A stretch of DNA of 55,105 bases, the filler included, from Catajapyx aquilonaris (lineage: Eukaryota): NCBI GenBank assembly GCA_000934665.2. It is 3 parts of 3 records of this genome, joined end to end, with 100 filler letters (N's around TTAATTAATTAA, not from the genome) between each part and the next. Parts side by side here need not be neighbours in the genome. Positions count along the whole stretch, not along the records: positions 1 to 18,275 come from JYFJ02006732.1; 2 more parts are not named here. One strand, 5' to 3'. Shown here in pieces: positions 1 through 12,043 of this stretch (positions are counted from its first letter, which is position 1; every line of letters starts with the position of its first letter). A program made the position numbers and the translations under genes. The notes under the pieces were generated by a model, which was given only the letters and a program-made list of their open reading frames with translations, had not been told where the DNA came from and searched no databases.

Positions 1-559
1 GCCCGATCGCACCAGTGGCGCCGCCAGTGGCTGGACCCACTTCAGCATTCTACCGTATCGATGAAGTCTGGCCACCATACCCTGTTTATACATCTTGCCG
101 CAGAGGAAGAACATCGGAGCCACGACGGACGAAGAGAAGAAGATATGAGTCGGATACGGATGATGGGGGAGGCTGATCATCGGCGTTGTGAGGGACTTCC
201 GGCACGTGTGAGAGACATGGAAGAAGTAATGACCCTGATGGCAAGGACTGTGGCCGATGGGAGCGGAGTGCCGCCTCAAGAAGTCTCCCCAAACGCAAGT
301 GGCATTGGCTTGCTACCGACACCCCCAATTCGGAATCGAACAAGCCTGGCGACGCAAACAATTGGAGGCGAAGTGTGGTTTCCGCGCAACGGCCGTGGAT
401 ACGGATCAACAAGACACCAAAGCCCAACATAGGAGGTGAGGTGTTGTTGCCAGGCGACCGCAGGTGGGAGTTACCCAAGTGTGAAACCTTTTCCGAGCGG
501 CCAGAGGATACACTGGACTGGATCACTTCAGCAGAAGAACGGGCAGCACAAGAGGGTCG

Positions 560-1493
560 CAACTGTGGCACGGGGCAGCCCAGGACTGCAGCTGGGAATG
601 GGCCACAGATATGGCAACTGGGAGAATTGGAGGAGGCAGTTTCTCCTTTTTCACTGTGGACAGAGGGCAGACTGGAAAATGAGGCTTATTTCCCAGCTGA
701 GACGAAACTCCATACGGATGCCAGTGATGTTAGGATCGGCGCCGTACTCAGCCAGCAACTGCCCGATGGAGAGTGGCGTGTTGTGGCCTACCTCAGCCGA
801 GCCCTGAGTGATCCAGAGACGAGGTACTCGACTACCGAGGAGTGCCTTGGTGTGATGTGGTCCGTCCGGAAGTGGAGGGTGTACCTACGTATATGGAAGA
901 CCCTTCCGGGTGGTAACCGATCATGCTGTGCTGCGTTGGCTGGTGACAAAGAAAGAGCTGGCAGGGAGACTGGCACGGTGCTCGCTGGAGCTTCAAGAGT
1001 ATCACTACCAGGTTCCCGGCCCAGGTTCATCGACAGGGGACAAAGCATCAGAATGCCAAAGCTCTGTCCAGGTGTCCCGTGTCCCCAGCGGAGGAAGATG
1101 CTCACCTTGCTTTCCCCGCTGCCGGAGGTCGCAGCTATGCAGAGACAGGAGCCTGAGTTCCAAGAGTGTTTCCACAAGGCCACAGGAGAAAGAGAGGAAG
1201 TAAAGGCCTTCGAGGTGAGGGAAGGGCTGCTCTACAGGCTCGTGAACGTCGGTTTCCATCGAGGAGGAGTCGCCTGGCGATTCCGAGGGCACCAAGGCGC
1301 AAAATGCTGGAGGCTTGTCACTTGTCACGATGATCCAGAGGCTATATAGGCACGCAGGCGTGAAGCGCACGATCCAGCGAATGGTGGCCAAGGCATAGTG
1401 GCCCAAAATGAGGAGGGAAGTGACGAATTACGTCGCCGGCTGTATCATGTGCCAACAACGGAAACGTCCGCCAGGTAAGCCCCACGGAAGGTA
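560..1493 (+). mobile_element. Degenerate Ty3/gypsy LTR-retrotransposon pol fragment (RNase H and integrase zinc-binding region), 5' part
   Basis: Frameshifted motifs LHTDASDVRIGAVLSQ..WRVVAYLSRALS..ETRYSTTEECL, VTDHAVLRWL..LARCSLELQEY, and CHDD..GV..T..WPKMRREV..YVAGCIMCQQRK. Confidence 0.9.
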
Positions 1494-1618
1494 CAGTATA
1501 CGTCATATAGTTTCATACCCCCCGCAAACGAGCTTTATCCTGGCTATCCTAAGCAACCCACACGGCATGATAACAGAGTCGAGTCAGCGGCAACAGGGCT
1601 TGGGGAGTTGGCCGGCTA

Positions 1619-2035
1619 GGGGTCGTCCATATACCACGTGACCGTTTTGGGGGGAGGGGGTGGGTCTGCTGATCTGCTGCTGATATACCACGGTTGGTCA
1701 CGGGGGGAGGGGGGGGTCGGCGAAAATTCACGTGGTATCTCTGAACACAGTGAATTGGCACATATGGGAGCTTTTGCAGATGCACATGGGTTCAAAATAA
1801 CCTAAAATTCGAAATCAGCGACCCCGAAAACATGGGGAGACATGTTTTTTTATGTGCTTAAACAGTTTAGGTGAGGAGCTATCAATTTCGATCGCGTTTT
1901 TTCTGATAACATTGGCATTAAAAAAAACACGTGAAAAAGGGGGGAGGGGTTCCAATGGAAACCACGGTCGGTCACTGGGGGGGAGGGGGGTCAAAAAGTG
2001 TCCGAAAATCGGTCACGTGGTATATGGACGACCCC
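1619..2035. mobile_element. PIF/Harbinger-like MITE nested in the left TIR of the 1494-3963 element
   Basis: TIR GGGGTCGTCCATATACCACGTGACCG / CGGTCACGTGGTATATGGACGACCCC with 3-bp duplication CTA (1616-1618, 2036-2038). The empty site is visible in the right TIR. The superfamily call is inference. Confidence 0.85.
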
Positions 2036-2073
2036 CTACGGAACCAGGTGGGGTCGCTGGGCTGACCTTGCGT

Positions 2074-3023
2074 ACACCGGAAGCAGCACATGAAGCAATG
2101 AAACCATCAGGAAATAAGTTGAAGGCAATGAATGAAGAACATCATCTTATATACCTTCAATTTGTCTTTTTACTAAGCTATGTTGCTTGAACGATTTTGC
2201 AATGTGACAAAAATGTCAGTACAGCTGCAAAGGAAGATTCCGGAAAGATGCGGTAGTGATCATGGTTTCGGACTACCGTATAGTTCCAATGTTGAAAAAA
2301 ACGACTGTCGCAGTGCAAGAGTCAAATATCTCTTCCAGTTCTTATTTACAATATTACATTGCGAAGAGCCATGCCCAAAAAATGTCGGCAACGATCAACA
2401 GTTACAACAATATTTCTCCCCCTGCATCGTCTCTTCTATCTTACCTCCCACCCTCGTTGACTTGTTTTTTTGTGGTTTTTTTAAGATACTAAAGAATGTC
2501 GCTTGCCTCAAGCTCTTGACAGTGTGTTGTGCAATGGTGAAAAGTGGTTAGTAGATTAGGAGGAAGTCTAGTTAGTGTTGGCTGATCCGTCCTCTGCAAA
2601 GGGTAATCCGAAATGTTGTGTCCTTTTTATTTCTAATACTGTAGTCACAAAAAACTATTATCTGTCACTTAAAATAATCGTGAACAGAAACAATGCCAAG
2701 TTTACACGATTCATTGTCATGGACATTCAATCAAATTCTTCTGGGTTTAGAACTCAGACGCATGAGAGGATTGGGATATGGTGCATTGCGACAGTAGTTT
2801 TTTTCAACATTGGAACTACGGTAGTCCGAAACCATGATCACTACCGCATCTTTCCGGAATCTTCCTTTGCAGCTGTACTGACATTTTTGTCACATTGCAA
2901 AATCGTTCAAGCAACATAGCTTAGTAAAAAGACAAATTGAAGGTATATAAGATGATGTTCTTCATTCATTGCCTTCAACTTATTTCCTGATGGTTTCATT
3001 GCTTCATGTGCTGCTTCCGGTGT
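2074..3023. repeat. Foldback element with ~240-bp near-perfect inverted arms
   Basis: ~2074-2317 is the reverse complement of ~2782-3023 (ACACCGGAAGCAGCACATGAAG... / ...CTTCATGTGCTGCTTCCGGTGT). No clear TSD. Confidence 0.85.
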
Positions 3024-3963
3024 CCCGAGAGAGAGGGAAGCAGATTGCATCCCAAAGTAAATGCTATAACATTGCCTTCGTTAGCACGAATTTTGTTGGC
3101 ATCTTACAGACACGTCCTGTATAGTATTTGAGAGTGTCTTGCCCTGCTGCTTACTGTCAGCTTTTGTGTGTGGGCATCCCAGTCTTTATTTTACTTCCTC
3201 AGAAGTATCGTGTCAGACGTATAGAATTGCACCATCATGGAACCATGGAATGGGTGCTCAATATCTTGTTCGTTTATGCCGAATAATCCCGTGTCCACAC
3301 CGCCAAAATTCGCGCGGGTTTAAGGGTAGGTCAAGGGACGAATAATTACGTCCGGGGGATATTTCTGGCCAATATATAGTTTTAGGCAGGGGATCTGTAA
3401 AATTATCATTTGAGGACAATGCCGGGGAGAAAAAATATTAACAGAAGAAAACAATTAAAAATAATCCATCTGTGGCTGCAGACGGGCTTCGAACCCCTGA
3501 GGCATCCAGCCTTTGCTGGCATTCGCTCTTGTATGATGGGTTCTTATCATTCAAATGACTCCCCCCCCCCCCTTCCCACGCTCCTTTTAAATGCATCAAT
3601 TAGTTAATTGCAGCAGCACACAATCAGCACACAAAAACAAACAGAATTCTCCCTAAGTTCAATGATATCTGATTTATGCAGAATGTAGCCATCAAGCATG
3701 CGCGTATTTAGTGAAAGGACACGATGGTTATTTTCCCCCCGGCATGGGCAAGTCAAAAAATGTCAAAAAAAAAAGGATTTATCGCTTACGGCCTTATGGG
3801 GTACGCAAGGTCAGCCCAGCGACCCCCACCTGGTTCCGTAGCCGGCCAACCCCCCAAGCCCTGTTGCCGCTGACTCGACTCTGTTATCATGCCGTGTGGG
3901 TTGCTTAGGATAGCCAGGATAAAGCTCGTTTGCGGGGGGTATGAAACTATATGACGTATACTG

Positions 3964-4540
3964 TACATCGCCCGGAGGTGCCGGACGAGCGGCCGTTCTG
4001 GGCCCTTTCCCTAAAAGTATGAGTGGGCGGAGCACACTGTACTGGCGGTGGACCACCTTTCAAAGTATGTGGAGGCCAGGACCATGGCTTCGGCGTCCGC
4101 AGAAGAAGCTCGTACCTTCTTGCAGCAGAAGGTCTTTTGGCAGCACGCCATCCCTGAAGTAGTCTGTGGTAGTCAGCGATCGGAAAAGCCATTTCGTGGC
4201 AGCAGTTTTCGAGGTACTGCCCTGCTGCAACAAATGGGCGTGCGGCCAGTTATAACATCACCCTGCCACCCTCAGAATAATGGTGTGGTGGAGCGTTTCA
4301 ACAGGACTCTAACTACAATACTGGCGAAGTACTCCATCAAGCAAGACGACTCGGATGAGCATGTGGCCGCCGTGGTGAGGGCATATAACTTAACTCGTCA
4401 ACGGACGGAGAAGCTAAATCTCCGTACGAACTGGTGTATGGGCGCCGTCCAAGACTCCCAGTCGACCTGGAGTTGCCGACGGATGCAGAAGACTCGCAGC
4501 TGGAAGAGAGTCGGCATGGGAGGAGAAGAGAGCACCTGGA
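3964..4540 (+). mobile_element. Degenerate Ty3/gypsy integrase core, 3' part
   Basis: LGPFPKS, VDHLSKYVEA, TSPCHPQNNGVVERFNRTL, AYN, and SPYELVYGRRPRLP in shifting frames. Confidence 0.9.
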
Positions 4541-4750
4541 TGGGGGCACAACAAACTACACAAAAATTACTACTTCGGGCGATATTAGTGATAACTAAAA
4601 CGACCCACGAACTTGGAACACCCTGTATATGACGATTTTAAGGTGCGTTTACGTGTGAGCGATTTTATCGCGCGATGTCATCGCCGAGCGATGAATCCAA
4701 TTGTTTTTAGCGAAAGTAACAATCACGGTAACAATCGTAACTCGGGTTAA

Positions 4751-4879
4751 GGCCATTTCACAAAAAAAATGTCGCGCGGCAAACGGCGCGACTTGCGGCA
4801 AATTTTTATTTATATTTATTGTTGCCAATTGTTGGCAACAATAAAATTTGCCGCGCGACATTTTTTTTGTGAAATGGCC
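4751..4879. mobile_element. Short MITE with TTAA target duplication (Kolobok-like ends)
   Basis: TIR GGCCATTTCACAAAAAAAATGTCGCGCGGCAAA mirrored at the other end. TTAA at 4747-4750 and 4880-4883. Confidence 0.7.
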
Positions 4880-5479
4880 TTAAAGGTACTCAACGATGAC
4901 ATCGCGCGACCTTTAAGTTGTAACCCCCCCCCCCTCCAAAAAGTAGGCGACGTCACGCTGGTGTAGAAACACCCGCCCCTTTTCCCCCCCTCTCTTAATT
5001 TCCGCAGTGGAAAATTGAGTTTTGGGGAAATTTGCCGCCCCCCGCCATTCCTCTGGTTTGCCTGGCATAACATTTACAATGAAATCTGGATATACTTGTA
5101 GTATGTCGTTCCGGATGGGATGTATCGTTTTCCCGGTCCATCCTTACATTACTAAGGGTCCAGTAATAGATCTTACTTAAACAGTTAAACTATATAAATA
5201 AAACTCGCACCTGTCGTTTCTCTATTTATTGTTTTCCCAAATCTATCGCTCAGAATAGTTTGTCCCAAAGAACGTGAATCCTGGATTGATCGTTTGTAAG
5301 AAAGAAAAAAAATACCACGCACACACAAATGTTAGAACGAATCAGTAGTAGCAACAGCGATTAATGTTTTTGGAACGTGGTGTATCAAATATTGTCAGTT
5401 GCGAATTCGAGGCATTGGGTGAGAAGTCAAGGAAGAATGGGATGAGAGTATTGTCTTCTTGCTCTCGCTACGACCTATT

Positions 5480-5660
5480 CTCGCGAACTTGTGGACACAT
5501 CTTTACCTGCCTGCTGGGGCAAGGTGGTGGTGCCGCCGATGATGACGATGAAGCCAAGTCCGAACCAGTGCCGAGTTTTACCCAAGCAGTTCGTGCCTTC
5601 GAGTCCATCAGAGCATTTTTGTACGCTCGCCACATCACCGAAAGACACCAGTCAATCTTT
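5480..5660 (+). pseudogene. Remnant resembling the C-terminus of a Tigger/pogo transposase
   Basis: DDDDEAKSEPVPSFTQAVRAFESIRAFLYARHI resembles the acidic, helical tail of TIGD/Tigger proteins (recognised from memory). Confidence 0.5.
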
Positions 5661-5671
5661 TTTTTTTAATA

Positions 5672-6310
5672 CAGTAAAACTTCTATAAGTCGAATCTCCA
5701 TCATGGGACCGGGAAAAACTTCGAGTTATAGAAGATTCGAGTTAGAGAAGTTTAGATTTTTTAAAGCACAGAACTCTAAAGGAAGCCTACCTTTATATCC
5801 AGCGACAAAAGGTGTCCAAAACTTTAACAAATTTTAAGTTTTGGACACCTTTTGTATGATAGTGACAGTTATTCAATAACTGTCACTATCACACTTACAA
5901 TGTTCCTCATTGTTTTGTTGTAAAAAAATCTCCGTTAAGGACATTTGCCTACTCTTAGATTCAAGGATTCAATTGTCACAATCGAGTCAAACACTTCTTT
6001 CGGTACGTCTGGTAGACAGAGATCAGGAAATTGAGTCTTTCTGTACATGTGGCGTACTTGGCCTACTCTCTACCCTTCGGCTGGGAAATGAGACAATTCT
6101 CCGTACTCGCCAACATGAACTTCGACTTAGGGAGACTCAAAATGCATTGAAATCCCATCGTAAGGCCCTGCCAGCACTTCGAGTTATAGAAATTCTAGTT
6201 AGGGAAGTTTATTTCCTATTATTTTACATTGTGACCAACCAAGCTCATCATTTTCTTCGACTTGTAGAGAACTTCGACTTAGGGAAGTTCGACTTATGGA
6301 AGTTTTACTG
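5672..6310. mobile_element. Pogo/Tigger-type MITE
   Basis: TA|CAGTAAAACTTCTATAAGTCGAA ... TTCGACTTATGGAAGTTTTACTG, with internal TTCGAGTTA subrepeats. A related inverted copy lies at ~30607-31050. Confidence 0.8.
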
Positions 6311-6389
6311 GTACTGTACATTAGGTTGTGTCGGTGGTATACAAGCCGCACCTTTTGCTGGCTCAACCTACATTATGTTTGGCGGGGGC

Positions 6390-6560
6390 AAAATCGGATC
6401 AGGGGGCATGCATGCAAACTCGAGCGTTACAGAAAAGCCTTACCCAGTTGCCCCCTCCTACCCTCTGCATGCCCCCGCCATGGGGCCCCTGGCGGGGCCC
6501 TGACTGTAACGCTTTTCTGTAACGCTCGCGTTTGCCTGCATGCCCCCTGACCCGATTTTT
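6390..6560. repeat. Small inverted repeat (~55-bp arms), probable MITE remnant
   Basis: AAAATCGGATCAGGGGGCATGCATGCAAACTCGAGCGTTACAGAAAAGC vs GCTTTTCTGTAACGCTCGCGTTTGCCTGCATGCCCCCTGACCCGATTTT. Confidence 0.7.
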
Positions 6561-9500
6561 AAAAAGGATCCATGTCAAAAAAAAGTGCTATTAGAAAATG
6601 GAAGCTTTTTTAAAAGAGCAAAGTAGATTGGACTTAACAGTGGAAAAAATAACGTTGGTGTACGTTTTTTGAGGTATTTTTGCAGGGAAATGACTATATT
6701 TTTTCATTTGATATAGGCACTCACATTTATAATTTTCCCGCATTCATCGTATTTTTTCCGAGTCCCGACAAAAACTGAATCGAGTTTTCGCTGAACTTTG
6801 AAATCGTTGATTAAAACTTTCCCGAAACTTGCCGCAATGCGAAGCGTACCACCGGAACTCGATTGGATCGCTACTTTACATGAGCCTTGCGTATACTTGA
6901 TGGACAACCCCTTAGACCCAATAAATATATTGTATGACGGCAAATGAATGAAATTCTCTGATTATGCTTAGGTATTCACAACACAGATTCAGATATTTCC
7001 TTTTGAGTTCACACAACTGGGTCTTATTCTACATACAGTATCTACACGATAGTAAGCGACATCAACGGCAAAATTAGAAAGTGTGTGAGCAATTATTGTG
7101 TGTGATTGATGGAACGAGACGAGGACCGGTACGGTACCATGAGTTTGACAAAGCCACAAGGCCCTGCATTATCGCAACTGGGGATGTGGGGCTTGACAAT
7201 ACTATTATGGTACTGGTCATGCAAGCTTATGCCTAATTTGACACAGGGCAATAAATAATATTCCCATCCATATTGCGACTCCATGAGCGCGACATTATTT
7301 TGTCTTCTTTGTTTCAGGGAGTGATTTATACTCCCTGAACACTAGTAGTGTGGGTCGAAGGGGCCTGGGAAAATAAGCACGCACCCCTGCGGGCCTGCGC
7401 TCGCCATCCCCTTACTCGTGATTATCATTATTTTAATACGCTGTTCCCACACAACTTGTGCTGCTGGGAAGTCAAGGCCTGAGCAGGTTCTCTCTTCAAA
7501 GAGTTTTTCTTTGATGTTACTTATTTAATCATTCCCTTAGTGCTGCTACTGCTGCGTCTAATGTTAATGGGGACTAATGATTACCAGAAGATAGAGGAGA
7601 CAAACAGTGTTTCAGAAAACTAGACGAAGATTGACTATATTGTCTGATACCATTCTTTGCCACAGTTTTGAAAGAGGCTTAGTGACCACTGATTTCACTC
7701 CGTTAAGAGCCAAACCGGATTTCATTGTGTAAATTCTACACTACATTTTTAATATTTTAAATTCGGCAATTTATCATTCATTTCCTTCCTACATTTCCAG
7801 TTCTAGCACAATTCTGACGGAATTATTGCGTTTGAAAGGGAGAAAAAAATCTGGAATATTTTTGTTGCTCGAGGCGTTATTTCTCCCCATCCATCCGTTC
7901 CCTTCAGGTGCATGCACCGCCGTAGCCTCGGGACGATCTTCATGTAAATGGTTCTGCGCCTTATCCAATATGCGGTACGCATGGTGGATAGTACTGCGAT
8001 TCAAGACCCACTTTCGATGGAGGTCAGGAGGGTGATCTGTCAAATATCCATTTTTTTCAATATACTTGCGTGTTGGTGTTGCAACTTCTTCCTACAACAC
8101 CTGATCTACTAAAGCCCTAAAGGTACTTAGATGGCATCAGGTGCTCAGACTTTTTCTTACACAGATATGTACACTAGAGTTCCAGGTTGCAGTATACTCA
8201 TCGATGTTATAGTATATTAGTGATGAAACGATCATTTGCCATGTGTCACTGGTGGATAGGAAAATCAGAAAGAACAACTCAGGTGAATGAAACAAATCCA
8301 TTGTGTTAGAATTTATTTTTTTTGTTCTCTCTTCCATGGCTGCATTTTTTTGCTTCTTATTTCTTCGAAACGACAGGTGTGCAGTTGTTTTTCCCTAGCC
8401 CCCTCTTACCTTGTCCCTTCCCTTCCCACGCCCGATTCTAAAATAACAGGTGGGGATGAAAGGGAGGACGAGGGGGGCGGTGGGAAACACCCGAGAGAGA
8501 AAAGGAGGGAGACGTAGGGAGAGAAAGAGGTCCGGATAGTGCTGGTGAATTTGCGAGACTACTAAGTAAATAGGGTCTAGCCAGGTAGATAGGTAGAGAG
8601 CCAGTCAGTCAGAGGTGTTGGGAGCATCCGCCAGGTGGCCGAAGACCTGCGGAGACGGATGGTTGGTTACAAGACCAAAGCTATCAAGGTTGCTGGCTGG
8701 CTGGCCAGGGATGGATGGACTGTAGCGGTGGACAAGAGACCACAGTTTCTGGACGACAATCCTCCCAAGGTTGCCTACATTACGGTCATCGGCCCTTCAG
8801 TCGCAGTGAGTGAAGTGAGCGAATAAGCGAAGAACCTGCCAGATACTCTGGCTGAAGTGGGCTATTCTGACGTTCCTCAACAACCAGTATGCAGATTCGG
8901 CCATGATTCAGGCTCCACCCGCTTTGCCTGCCCGATGCGCTTCTGCCGAACCCATGGGTGAGTTACCTGTTGTCTCTTCCTGACTCCCACACATTTATGC
9001 AGGCAGGGAAGCGGAACGTAAATGCTTAGGATTGCTATCGCAATGTTGGTTCAAGTGAGAGTGACGTGCCACGAGGAGGTTCGTATATGCATAGAAGGGA
9101 GTACCGTATGTGGTGACAGGTGGTTGGCGTTACCGCAGGGAAAAGCGTGAAAGTTGGCCGAGTGTTGTTTTTCCGTAGCCTACAACTTTGATTGCGGCAA
9201 TAGAGCGGCTTCATTTTGCACCTGTGCTATGGCTGTTTCGCGCCAGCTCGAGTAGTGTTGGCTCAAAAATCTTGGAGGTTAGTGCTTTGAGAAATATTTT
9301 ACATTTTCCCACACTATGGCGGTACATGACTGCTATTCTCTCTCAACCTAGACATATTTTCTAAACAATACGTAGGCTACTGTATATGATGAAATGCAGA
9401 CAAGACCGCCGCGCCGTAGAGAAAATATCGAGACGAGTGGAAGTCGGGTACTGACGTCATTAGCCGTTAATTATTGTATTTACATTAATGTCACTCTAAC

Positions 9501-12043
9501 CATTGTTGTCTGTATATAGCCACAACAGCCAGAACCGGCATCATGTGACTATTGTTCAAAAAATAATGTCTTGGAACGTGTTTTCAGTAACTGCCTGTAA
9601 TCATGTTTAAATTTCTAGTGTTTGTAATGATGCTATTGCGTTAAAATAGTGTTAAATAGGTAGCATTTTTTTGGCATTACGTGCTTATTTTCAAACGGTT
9701 ACTTTTGAATTGCATTAGTGGTTATCAAAATTATTAGTTGGTAATATTAGGTTTCGCGGACCCACCCTTTTTAATGTCTTCAAGGGGGTCTGGCCTGCGA
9801 AAATCGGTTTGTGTCATTGACGTTTGATGCCAATTGTTCCAATGCAATGGCTCATTTTAAATCGGAAATTATTGCAATTCACATCTTGGATAGATGATTC
9901 AATTCGGCGTAATATTGGCAGATAAAATTTTTGATAGCCACTAAAAGTAATTATTCCAACGGCGGCATTACATACCTGTCGAGAGACTTTGACAACATTT
10001 GTGGTCAAAGTTCATGCTGACTGGAAGGGGTAGAACCAAGAAGTGTTGAAGGATATTAATGGCCGTGCCTAGAGCTCTAGACCATCAATATTAACTATAC
10101 TGTCACAACCTCATTTCAACACTGCAAATTATCATTCCATCAGGGCGCAATTGCAGTGTTGGATACTTTCCCAACACTTTTTAGCAGTACCATTTCCAAC
10201 TGGGCCCACATTGTTGTGGCGGCAGTAAATTCCGAAAACCACGATAACATTAAATGGATGTGAAATGTAATCTCTAGCTGTAGTTTGGAATGAATTCTCG
10301 CCTTGCCCATATCCAGTACTGTTACCGCCGGTACTGCTGTCTTTCACAGACCACCATTCCCACAGCACAACCGTACATTACGGTACAGTACGTTCCTTTA
10401 TTTGGATGCCAATAAATTCTTTTTCGTACGTCAACCTTTCCCATGACATAATGTGATGTATGACCGGGATAGTCGTGATAGTTCCCCTTCCCCCAGGATG
10501 CTCTAGTGAGTGAAAAGCACGTTTTAGGGTGGGGGTGAGCGGGAAGTTTTCTTTCTACCTGGTCCTATCTTGATTCATCTATATTATACGTGATACGAGC
10601 ACACCTGGTATCATTTTGGAGTGCGGAAAGAACAGGTGGTCAAATATGTGGCACCGTGAAGCGTGACCGTCCAATCACGGGGGATGCCATTTACTTAAAT
10701 TACTGGGTGGTCAGTTCACGTACAGTACTGGACAATATTAAATGTCACATATTAAGCACGTTAAGCAACCTTGTCCTTTGCGACATTCATGATCTTCCTG
10801 CCGTGAAGGGCGTCACTCTGATTTTGTTTGACGCTCCTCCCCACTCATAAAGTCCTGTTACGGAAGTCTAGGCACCCTCCTCGCGAGGTGGGCCTGCATG
10901 TATTTTGTCGTAAACAAGCAATTTGTGCCTAATAGGCGGAAATTGTCGTTATAAGAGATGAAAGCTCGTAGAAGCACCCCCCCGCACGCTCTTGCATTAC
11001 ATTTTTGGTGCAATAATAGACCTGCATGATTATACATTAAAAATAACTATGACTGCTGGGCCACCAGAAAAAACTGTTTAACCCGACGCGACGGAATCAA
11101 AAATAATATGACCTCTTCAGCCACCAAAGCGTTACTGCGGTATCTCATCAAGCCCGGCTACTCGGCTAGCATGTCTTTCAATGTGCAGGGTGTTCCATCC
11201 TTCCTCGCTGTTCCTTGCGAAGTGCGATATGCCAAGATGAACCACAATGAATCCGACATCGCTAAAAAAAATCTCAAAGGTATATCGCGAGGAAGTGCGC
11301 ACCTTTGTAGGAACACCTGATATGTAAAGCAACTCAGGCGTCATCTCCACATGAAGCACAGGATATATTGTCCATGTCCTCCGTCGCTCCGTGGCACCCA
11401 CCACCCCGACTTTCCCGGAAGTGGAATGACTCTGGCTACTTGGCTTGTTGCAGCACCCATGCTGACTAGTTTCCAGCACACTTCTGGCTAGAGAGGAAGT
11501 CAGGTGAGGTGACGCCCCTGAGTTTCATGTGCGGCATTGCTGTCGGTGTGTCTCAGGCTATGGGAAGACGGCTAGGGGGGGGGGGTCGGTTCCTCCTGGG
11601 CGCCTTTTTTCCCAGGCATGCGTAGTGATGGTCGCGCATGACCTGTAAGGGCTTCCGCTGACCTCTCCCGGGGCCGGAAAAAAGAGGGCGCTGCTAGTTT
11701 TTTGCGTGTGTTGCTTGGTTGGTTTGCTTGGTTGCTTTGGATGGACGGACTGTCGGACAGACGGTCGAATGGACCCCCGCGGCACGCGACACGAACAATG
11801 AGGTCACTGCTGCAGTGGTAGGAGACTGCTGACAATGTGCTCCTGGGCAGTGCGCCGGGTCAAACAGGAGTCCCGGTTGAGACGCACACAATCGCTCACT
11901 AGCACTCCAGCAGGATCAGATGTCATCATCGCAGGTCACACTTGTAGAGAGTAGTTGACCCTCCAGTCATTGGTGGACGTTGTGATTTTCATTGGTTATC
12001 CACAGGCACGCCGCCTGGTGTCCCAGCAGCTGATTACGGCAAG

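Larger units (their letters stand above)
1494..3963. mobile_element. Non-autonomous Tc1/mariner-pogo-type DNA transposon inserted into the gypsy integrase
   Basis: Ends CAGTATACGTCATATAG / CTATATGACGTATACTG, flanked by TA at 1492-1493 and 3964-3965. TIR is about 160 bp once the nested MITE is removed. Gypsy sequence resumes after 3965. Confidence 0.9.

Noticed and set aside
6780..8050. Coding-looking stretches, including ORF 7789-8043
   Set aside because: No recognisable motif or consistent exon chain. Probably old TE debris.
9790..10370. Possible decayed hAT/CGGBP1-like transposase on the minus strand
   Set aside because: Only vague fragments (KYPTLQLRPDGMIIC, ILSANI) among many stops. Not supportable without a search.
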